Both the position numbers and the translations under genes were made by a program. 64,000 nucleotides of DNA from Candidatus Poribacteria bacterium. GTDB taxonomy: Bacteria; Poribacteria; WGA-4E; WGA-3G. This document shows positions 42,735-50,529 of the stretch, piece after piece. The stretch is from positions 704,001 through 768,000 of the forward strand of contig CAXXLX010000002.1 in the NCBI GenBank assembly GCA_963665235.2, given 5' to 3'. Every line of letters starts with the position of its first letter. Position 1 is the first letter of the stretch. The notes beneath the pieces were generated by a model. It worked only from the letters and a program-made list of their open reading frames with translations, made no database searches and had not been told where the DNA came from.

Positions 42735-44288
42735 GTGACTGATTTTGAAACTAACCAAGACAAGGTTTACATTTTTGATACAACGCTACGCGATGCTGAG
42801 CAGACCCCCGGAGCCGCCCTCGGTATTGAGGAAAAGCTGGAGATTGCCAAACATCTCGCTAAGCTCAACGTCGATGTCATTGAAGCTGGCTTTCCGATTT
42901 CATCGCCCGGTGATTTTGACGCGGTACAACGGATAGCTAACGAGGTTGAAGGGCCCGAAATTTGCGCGCTTTCCCGCGTTGTGGAGAAAGACATTACAGC
43001 CGCCTGGAAAGCAATTCAGGACGCGCCCCGAGCACGTATCCATACATTTGTGGGCACATCTTCCATTCACATGGAACGTATCACACGCACAACCCCAGAA
43101 CGAACGTTACAGATGGCGGTTGATGCTGTCGCTTACGCAAAGAGTTTATGTGCTGAACACCCAGATGCCACCGTCGAGTTTTCACCGATGGACGCAGGAC
43201 GGACTGAGCTGGCGTACCTCTACAAAGTGGTCGAAGCTACTATTGCCGCAGGCGCGACCGTTGTTAACATCCCAGAAACCGTCGGATGGACGGTGCCATC
43301 GGAGTTTGGTGACCTGATTAAAGGTATCATGGAGAATGTACCGAACGTTAACGATGCCATTATTAGTGTCCACTGTCATAACGATTTAGGATTAGCAGTG
43401 GCAAACAGCCTGAGTGCAATTGAACAGGGCGCGCGGCAGGTAGAGTGCACTATCAACGGGCTCGGTGAACGGGCGGGGAATACATCCCTAGAAGAGATTG
43501 TCATGGCAATCCGAACCCGGCGAGACTACTTCAAAACGTACTACACCGATATTAACACCAAAGAAATTGTACCCATCAGCAAGCGAGTGAGCCGCACCAT
43601 GGGGATTGCGGTGCAACCGAATAAGGCAATTGTAGGCGAGAACGCTTTTGCACACAGTTCGGGCATTCATCAAGATGGCATTATTAAGTCGCGTGTAACG
43701 TTTGAAATCATCGACCCGAAAGAGGTTGGGTGGCAAGAGAGCCAGCTGATTCTCAGCCCACGCTCCGGACGCAATGCTCTGCGACACCGTCTCAGTGAAC
43801 TCGGTTACGAAATCGCACCGGAACAACTGGAGAAGGTTTATGAACGATTTCTGCGGGTTGCCGACAAGAAAAAAGCGGTACACGATGCGGACCTTGAAGC
43901 GATTATGAGCGATGAGATTCGCGCAGTACCCGCTGTCTTCGAATTGGACTACATTCAGGTAGTGAGTGGGACAAAGATTGCGTCTACAACCACGGTCGGG
44001 ATTCAGACAGAGGAAGGCATTGTGGAAAATGCTGCCACGGGGGATGGACCGGTTGATGCCGCCTTTAAGGCGATTAACCAGATTGTCAAAATTCAACTGA
44101 ACCTGATCGATTACCAGCTCCGTTCTGTGACGGAAGGCGAAGATGCCATCGGTGAGGTCATGTTGAAGATACAGGACAACGGACACATCATCACAGGGCA
44201 CGGCGCAAGCACAGACATTATTGAAGCGAGTGCAAAGGCGTATATCCACGCTGTCAATAAGTTAATTCAACTCCGCGCAGAGGGATAA
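42735..44288 (+). CDS. leuA: 2-isopropylmalate synthase
   Basis: FDTTLRD.EQ, HCHNDLG, GERAGN, HSSGIHQDG, regulatory GDGPVDA; GGAGG plus GTG start. Confidence 0.93.
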   Translation: MTDFETNQDKVYIFDTTLRDAEQTPGAALGIEEKLEIAKHLAKLNVDVIEAGFPISSPGDFDAVQRIANEVEGPEICALSRVVEKDITAAWKAIQDAPRARIHTFVGTSSIHMERITRTTPERTLQMAVDAVAYAKSLCAEHPDATVEFSPMDAGRTELAYLYKVVEATIAAGATVVNIPETVGWTVPSEFGDLIKGIMENVPNVNDAIISVHCHNDLGLAVANSLSAIEQGARQVECTINGLGERAGNTSLEEIVMAIRTRRDYFKTYYTDINTKEIVPISKRVSRTMGIAVQPNKAIVGENAFAHSSGIHQDGIIKSRVTFEIIDPKEVGWQESQLILSPRSGRNALRHRLSELGYEIAPEQLEKVYERFLRVADKKKAVHDADLEAIMSDEIRAVPAVFELDYIQVVSGTKIASTTTVGIQTEEGIVENAATGDGPVDAAFKAINQIVKIQLNLIDYQLRSVTEGEDAIGEVMLKIQDNGHIITGHGASTDIIEASAKAYIHAVNKLIQLRAEG

Positions 44289-44318
44289 TTTCAATCGATA
44301 TCGGTATTCGGTTATCTT

Positions 44319-44720
44319 ATACCATTTCTAATTGAAAATGTCTCTTTATTGTAGCATAAACTTCCAGTTTGTGCCTCTTTATCGTAGCATAAACTTTTAG
44401 TTTGGGTCTTCCGTTCTCCGTTTCATTTCTAACAATCGGTAATGATAGAATAAGTAATAAAAATGGTATAACATAAGAATTTACCGAGTGAACCACTTAT
44501 ACCAAATTTATCTGATTCATCGTGTTCACGGATCGCTCCGCTGGAGCGGAATAATGAAAAGAACAAGCCGGATTGTGTTAATTTGGTATTAGTCCCAGTA
44601 TTCGGGCGACAAGCCCGCTCCTCAAGGACGATATATTTATAGAAAACAACGCAACCCAGACAGACTAAACCCCAGTATTCGGGCAAACAGCCCGCTCCTT
44701 AAGGGTGATATGTTTATAGA
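44319..44720. mobile_element. Cluster of MITEs and REP units
   Basis: ATACCATTT element 44319-44469, ATACCAAATT element 44499-44589, then REP variants. Confidence 0.75.
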
Positions 44721-44896
44721 ATGTTGACTTATGGCCGGATGTGAAGACGATGAATCAAATAAATTTGGTATTACTCGATATCGAAACAAAAAAGTACAGC
44801 CGCGGGAAATCAAATAGCAGAGTCAGGCGAAAAGGGGTGCCCCGTAGTGTCAACCGACACAGCAGGGCTACCGGAGAAACAGTAGCAAAACGCTGT

Positions 44897-45952
44897 TCAC
44901 TTCTCCGCTTTTATCTCTCCCCATTCCACCTCTAACTTGCCCTCCGGAGAAACGGAGAAGGTCCCTAGCAACCAATGCGGATCGAACTCTCTATGTGGCG
45001 TGTCTGTGACTTGTGTCCACTTCCCCGTTGAGATTTTATACCGATAGATGTCATAATTGCGAAGCTTTGCCGGTGTATCCCACCCTGTTAGGTCTGCGGA
45101 AAAGAGAATTTCAGTGCTATCCGCTGCCCAGCAGGCGGAGGTGGATAACCACCAATCTTTGGGGATGTTCAACTTCTGCGGATTTCCACCGTTTTTGTCA
45201 ACCACAATCAGATGATTCGCAAGTCTAACTACCCGATCCTTTTCATATCTCTTATGAGATTCATAATACATAACGTGTTTGCCATCTGGAGACCAACGCG
45301 GCGCGTATTTCGATATCACCGTATCACCGATGAGATGCGGTTGAGGCCCATTGAGAAACGGACGTGTATTTTTACCAACCACATCCGTAATGTAGATATG
45401 TCTACCGCCCCCTGTGATAACCTGTTCATGCACAATATGACGACCATCCGGAGACCAACTCGGACGCGAGGAAAACGCATCGTTGTCTACATTCTCTGTC
45501 AGTTGTCTAATGTTGCCAGTAGACAGTTCTATAATATAGATTTCCGGCCAGCCACCCCTGCTGCTCGAAAATGCTAGGTGCCGACCCTCCGGGGACCAAG
45601 TATGAAATCCATCGTTTACGGGGTGATGAGTCAGGCGACGCTCATTACTGCCATCCGCATCCATGATAAAGATATCATACTGCTGGGCATTCGGATTTTC
45701 CGCTGTCGGTCCTAGGTTGCGTTCAAAAGTAATGTAGTTCCCATCTGGAGACCAGCGCGGCCTGTATTCCGAAACCGGTGTATTCATGAGTTGTCTCACA
45801 TTGCTACCATCGTCGTTCATGATGTAAATGTCACTTCGTCCGGTGGGGCTGGCTCTGAAAACAATCACCGCATGTGAGGCACCTATTTGAACCAGGATTG
45901 ACAACATGAGGAAGAGAATATTAAATTTCCAGTGTGTATACCTTGATAGCAT
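44897..45952 (-). CDS. TolB/PD40 beta-propeller protein with C-terminal WGEIK motif
   Basis: WSPDG repeats; ends SPEGKLEVEWGEIKAEK. Confidence 0.88.
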   Translation of the reverse strand: MLSRYTHWKFNILFLMLSILVQIGASHAVIVFRASPTGRSDIYIMNDDGSNVRQLMNTPVSEYRPRWSPDGNYITFERNLGPTAENPNAQQYDIFIMDADGSNERRLTHHPVNDGFHTWSPEGRHLAFSSSRGGWPEIYIIELSTGNIRQLTENVDNDAFSSRPSWSPDGRHIVHEQVITGGGRHIYITDVVGKNTRPFLNGPQPHLIGDTVISKYAPRWSPDGKHVMYYESHKRYEKDRVVRLANHLIVVDKNGGNPQKLNIPKDWWLSTSACWAADSTEILFSADLTGWDTPAKLRNYDIYRYKISTGKWTQVTDTPHREFDPHWLLGTFSVSPEGKLEVEWGEIKAEK

Positions 45953-46025
45953 AACTTACCTCCTAAAACCCATGATAGGCGGAACACCTTGTGTCTCCCC
46001 TATCATGTAGGATGAAAGGGAATTC

Positions 46026-46553
46026 TTAATCAGCATCAATCCAAAATTCCAACCTGGCCTCCATTTTAACGTTCAAATCGGCTTCCTTCCGCACAGCCGT
46101 ATAGGCTTCGATGATATACTCACCTTCATTTTCGCCACTACAGTCTACACCCCGCACGTCAGGGTGCCAATAGCACTCGCCATTTTTGCTAAGCCGAGGC
46201 AGTGCCAATGTATCCTGATCAACGGGTCTTATGCTTATGATGTCACCCCGGTTGTCTCGCCTCAGGACTTCCGAAACACCATGCTGGAACTCGTAATTAT
46301 GGTCAGTATCAAAGCCGAGATGGTTCATTATCTGAAACCAATGCGAACTTGAAGTCCGACCTGTCTCTGAGTCATATCCTAAATCTCCAACCCAGACAGA
46401 AGCCCACATATTCAGTAATCTATCTTCGCCCCTGCCAGTCACCCAGGGCCACCACTTCTCGTTAGCATGGACAAGCTCGCTACCAGGGATAAACAAACTT
46501 ATTGCCAATAGGCTGCCTATAATAAAGGCCCACACTTTGAATGACGTTCTCAT
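46026..46553 (-). CDS. Secreted hypothetical protein
   Basis: Signal peptide ending VHA; AAGGAG SD. Confidence 0.7.
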   Translation of the reverse strand: MRTSFKVWAFIIGSLLAISLFIPGSELVHANEKWWPWVTGRGEDRLLNMWASVWVGDLGYDSETGRTSSSHWFQIMNHLGFDTDHNYEFQHGVSEVLRRDNRGDIISIRPVDQDTLALPRLSKNGECYWHPDVRGVDCSGENEGEYIIEAYTAVRKEADLNVKMEARLEFWIDAD

Positions 46554-46841
46554 TTTACATTCTCCTTATTTTGGATCTCTTTAAAGAAACCCGTTTTTGG
46601 AAAAAATCAACGGAGGGTTTTACATAACCAATGATTTAAGCAGACTACACAATAACCCTCTGAATCATGCAGCTAGCTAATAATCTTAAAATATGATAAC
46701 ATTTTGCCCAAAAAAATCAATAGGAAACGATACAACGTCCAGGGTGATTTAGTTTGAAGAGCGGGCCGTTGGTTTCCCAAATACCGGTCTTCTATAGCAT
46801 TTTGAACAGATAGTGAACGCTGCCACACCAGAAATTATCCA

Positions 46842-47368
46842 GTGATAGCACCCAACGCCTAAATGCGTGGGCTTCGGTTTCATAGCAACTGCGGTTTACT
46901 CAGAGAGTTTACCGTCTAACGGTCGCTCCACCAGTAGGCGATTCCCCGCAGGTGAAACCCCTTTGGGCACATCAGGTGTAACACAACCCTGGCTATCCCC
47001 GCCTACCTCGTTCAAAACGAACGATATGTTGAGAAGGGGGCAGCAATACAACGTGAGGGGAGGAACAAATGACCTGCGGTCATCCGTTCCTCCCCGTCAG
47101 GATTTCACCTCTGCTACGATACACGCTTTCCGCGCAATTACGCGTTAGCTGCCCAATATACTTTTTAAGTGGTCTAACACTAACACTACACACCTTCTCA
47201 CGGGTGAGGGATAGCACCTGCACTGAGTAGTGTGCAGGGTGAGAATGCTATCCAAAAGTGCCAGTTTAATTATACCACATTTTAGAGAGAAAGTCAAATT
47301 AAAATTTCAACTTATGCGCCGCTACTACATCCCAAACCTAAAGGATTGGGTTTTGTAGCGGGGACTTG
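46842..47368 (-). mobile_element. ORF-less IS200/IS605-derived element with omega-RNA-like 3' part
   Basis: TTTAT|CAAG left end with CCCAA-TCCTTTAGGT-TTGGG hairpin; right end GAAGCCCACGCATTTAGGCGTTGGG...TCAC. Confidence 0.7.
47269..47297 (-). promoter_or_regulatory. Sigma70 promoter inside the element
   Basis: TTGACT-17 bp-TATAAT with a TG extension. Confidence 0.7.
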
Positions 47369-47379
47369 ATAAAGCGGTC

Positions 47380-48873
47380 CTACCAATCTTCAACCAATTG
47401 CACCAGCAACCGTACCCCGTAGCCGGACGCGCCTTCAGGGACATAAGTACCACCTTTCATGCCCCAGGCCATGCCAGCGATATCGAGGTGAACCCACGGA
47501 TAGCCCTCGGCGAACTTTTTCAAGAACGCGCCGCCTGCAAGCGTGCCAGCAGTGCCATCCCCTATGTTCTGCACATCGGCAATCTTGCTTTTAACGCCTT
47601 CATCGTAATCGTCCCAGAGCGGCAATTCCCAGACACGTTCATGCGTTTTTTCTGCCGCGGCTTTTACTTTATCCATCAGCGCGGCATCGGTGCCCATTGC
47701 ACCTGCAGCGATATGCCCGAGACAGGTAATCACAGCCCCCGTGAGCGTGGCTAAATCGATAACACCTTTCGGTTCGTACCGCGCTGCCCATCCGAGGGCA
47801 TCCGCCAAAACCAGTCGTCCCTCCGCATCGGTGTTAAGGATTTCAATCGTTTTACCGCCGTAAGAGGTGATGACATCCCCCGGTTTAATAGCAGACCCGC
47901 CGGGCATGTTTTCGGTTGCGGCGACTAAACCGATGACGCGCACATTCGGTTTAAGTTGACCGATGACTTGCATCGCACCGACTACCGCTGCAGCCCCGGA
48001 CATGTCATGTTTCATCTCGTGCATGTTTTTACCGGGCTTAAGCGAAATGCCCCCTGTATCAAACGTAATCCCTTTTCCAACGAGGACGACGGTATCCTCT
48101 GCTTCTTCACCTTCAGGGGTGTATTCCAACATGATAAACCGTGGCTCTTCAGCACTGCCTTGTGCGACAGCGAGGAGTGTGCGAAAACCTTCATCTATGA
48201 GTGTTGCCTTGTCAAAAGCTTCATAAATAAGTCCTGTTTCATTAGCAACCTCTTGCGCTTTTTCAGCCAGCTGTGTGGGGGTGAGATGATTAGCAGGTTG
48301 ATTGCTCAAATCGCGAGCCAGAAGTGTGCCGTTAGCTATCGTTTGACCCCGTTTAACGATCTGTTCCAGTGCTGTGCTTTCAGCCTCGCTCCCCACAAGA
48401 AAAGACATAGATTCAAGGTTTTTATCTTCATCTTCATTCTCCTCACCGCTTTGGGTTTTGTGCTGTTTGAACTGGTAAAGCGCAAGGATACCCGCTTCAA
48501 CGGCTGCCTGTGCCCAATCGTCCTGCGTTTCGGGGGGAATTGGCACCGTGATAGATTTTAGTCCCATATCGCGCGCGTAACGGACCGTGTGTCCAGCGGC
48601 CTGACGTACCTGTTCAGCGTCAAGTTTCTCAAATGTGCCGAGTCCTACCAAGATGATACGCGGGGATTTTATTGCTCCGTTTGTATAGAGCACACTCGTG
48701 GTCTTCGGTTTTGCCTTGAAGTCGCCGAGGTTCAGGAACGTTTGAATACGTCCATCTAAAGCGGTGTCCGCGGCGAGAAGCAGCTCGTTGTGAAGATCAT
48801 CTTCAAGCACCGGGATAAGCACGGCATCGGTTTCTACTTGGCGAAAATCACCAATATTGACAGTAATGTTCAT
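47380..48873 (-). CDS. pepA: Leucyl aminopeptidase (M17)
   Basis: VGKGITFDTGG, MKHDM, NTDAEGRL. Confidence 0.95.
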   Translation of the reverse strand: MNITVNIGDFRQVETDAVLIPVLEDDLHNELLLAADTALDGRIQTFLNLGDFKAKPKTTSVLYTNGAIKSPRIILVGLGTFEKLDAEQVRQAAGHTVRYARDMGLKSITVPIPPETQDDWAQAAVEAGILALYQFKQHKTQSGEENEDEDKNLESMSFLVGSEAESTALEQIVKRGQTIANGTLLARDLSNQPANHLTPTQLAEKAQEVANETGLIYEAFDKATLIDEGFRTLLAVAQGSAEEPRFIMLEYTPEGEEAEDTVVLVGKGITFDTGGISLKPGKNMHEMKHDMSGAAAVVGAMQVIGQLKPNVRVIGLVAATENMPGGSAIKPGDVITSYGGKTIEILNTDAEGRLVLADALGWAARYEPKGVIDLATLTGAVITCLGHIAAGAMGTDAALMDKVKAAAEKTHERVWELPLWDDYDEGVKSKIADVQNIGDGTAGTLAGGAFLKKFAEGYPWVHLDIAGMAWGMKGGTYVPEGASGYGVRLLVQLVEDW

Positions 48874-48947
48874 CAAAATTTCCTTTCAATTTCGCAATCG
48901 GGTAATTGTCTACATTCTAGCTATCGGTTGTTAGTCCAGAAAACCTG

Positions 48948-49256
48948 CTATTCAGATGCACGCATTCCGGTCAAGACGACAAGAGGTTCCGTACTCGTGA
49001 CGGTAATAGAGTGATAGGTGTTTGCGGGCACATCAAGGCGGTCGCCACGTTTGACGGTATCGTGGGCATCGGCAACCTTCACCTCTGCTGTGCCGGATAA
49101 CACACAGACCACCTCGTCTTGGCTGTGGATGTAATCAAGGTAGGCACCGCCCGGGCGGCCCGTCCACTGATACGCATTGAAACCCTCAGATTCCAACTGG
49201 CTCTTTAAAGCATCAATGTCCTCATTTTCTTCTAACCAACATGTTTTCCATTTCAT
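48948..49256 (-). CDS. Cupin domain protein
   Basis: H..DE...VLSG and GD...VPA...H motifs. Confidence 0.8.
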   Translation of the reverse strand: MKWKTCWLEENEDIDALKSQLESEGFNAYQWTGRPGGAYLDYIHSQDEVVCVLSGTAEVKVADAHDTVKRGDRLDVPANTYHSITVTSTEPLVVLTGMRASE

Positions 49257-49582
49257 TTGCTAACTCCAAGTATGTCTGTTGCGTTTTGTGTATCATCATT
49301 TTCCGATGGCGTAACCTGAACTTCGATATGACGTTCCAACCGAGCTCGAAAGTCAGAAAGGCATGCCAAGCTGAAATGGTCATCGTCTCCGTTCCTAAGT
49401 TTCGAGATGTCTGTCGGGTCAACCGCCAGAAGTTTCGCTGCCTTCACGTTTCTCAACCGAGATTTCTTGAGAAGTGTAAATACCTCAAAAGTCAACTTCG
49501 TTCGAAACGACAAGGCTTCAGCCTCTTTATCAGAAAAACCTATATCCTTAAAAACATTTCCACTACTTTTCTCAAATTTCAA
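49253..49582 (-). CDS. XRE-family HTH protein (antitoxin-like)
   Basis: SSGNVF.DIGF, AAKLL.V...ISKL..G...FS; GAGGAGG SD. Confidence 0.8.
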   Translation of the reverse strand: MKFEKSSGNVFKDIGFSDKEAEALSFRTKLTFEVFTLLKKSRLRNVKAAKLLAVDPTDISKLRNGDDDHFSLACLSDFRARLERHIEVQVTPSENDDTQNATDILGVSK

Positions 49583-49598
49583 GAGGATTTACCTCCTC

Positions 49599-49982
49599 AG
49601 GACTTACGCAGCGCGTTGATAAATCCATTGATAATCGGATTTAGAGGAAGACTTAGCGGGCGAGGGGACCTCGCCCCTACGATGTTATACCATTTTTATT
49701 AATTATTCTATCATTACCGGTTGCTAGAAATGAAACGGAGAACGGAAGACCCAAACTAAAAGTTTATGCTACAAAATACACGCACAAACTGGAAGTTTAT
49801 GCTACGATAAAGAGACATTTTCAATTAGAAATGGTATTATATAACGTGAGCTTGATAATAAATGTCCGTTTGCGCTAACCTCTATAAACATATCGTCCCT
49901 AAGGAGCGGGCTGCTTGCCCGAATACTGGGCCTAAGAGTTGGGGCGGAAACGGCTTTCTGAAATTATATCCTGCACTCACGC
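49599..49982. mobile_element. Nested MITE/REP cluster
   Basis: AGGACTTACGCA end, ATACCATTT element 49687-49837, ACGTGAG element from 49843. Confidence 0.75.
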
Positions 49983-50004
49983 CTCATATCAAAATGAACC
50001 ACCC

Positions 50005-50403
50005 TCACTCAATTTCTACGATCTGAATATTATTTCCGCAAGTATCATCGAAAACAGCAAAAATTGTTGTTCCTATATCAGTAGGTTCTACACTGAATTC
50101 GACTCCAAGGTTGATTAATCGCTCATATTCTTCCTGGACGTTTTCCACACTGAATTGGGTATATGGAAGCCCAGCATCAAATACAGCTTTTTGATACGTT
50201 TCGGCGGGTTTAAAATGGTTATCAGATAATGGTTCCAATAAAAGTTCAGGTCCGTCCTGTTCTTCTTTTGATACTACCGTAAGCCATCTGTCCCCATTTT
50301 CCAAGGGAATGTCCCTCTTCTTGACAAATCCCAATTTTTCAGTATAAAATTTTAGCGCACCTTCCTGATCTTTAACGAAAATGCTGGTTACTCTAATTTT
50401 CAC
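50005..50403 (-). CDS. VOC/glyoxalase family protein
   Basis: V.DQE.AL.FYT..LGF and FDDTCGN.IQ. Confidence 0.88.
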   Translation of the reverse strand: MKIRVTSIFVKDQEGALKFYTEKLGFVKKRDIPLENGDRWLTVVSKEEQDGPELLLEPLSDNHFKPAETYQKAVFDAGLPYTQFSVENVQEEYERLINLGVEFSVEPTDIGTTIFAVFDDTCGNNIQIVEIE

Positions 50404-50529
50404 AATGTTATTTACCTCGAATTCGCCCGATGAAGCGAACATTTTTTACAATTTCACTTAAACTTGCTTAAATGAAGATTTTAGAATTTAATTCGGTTCT
50501 GTTCTAAACAGCTCTTAACCGACAACCCA

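Noticed and set aside
43488-44249. 253-aa antisense ORF (and 47956-48561, 57140-57757)
   Set aside because: Antisense shadows of leuA, pepA and the propeller gene
46842-47260. Group I/II intron, tRNA or known riboswitch; also the 93-aa ORF at 46867-47148
   Set aside because: No recognisable catalytic core or aptamer consensus by eye; the ORF lacks an SD and protein-like features. An Rfam search is still needed
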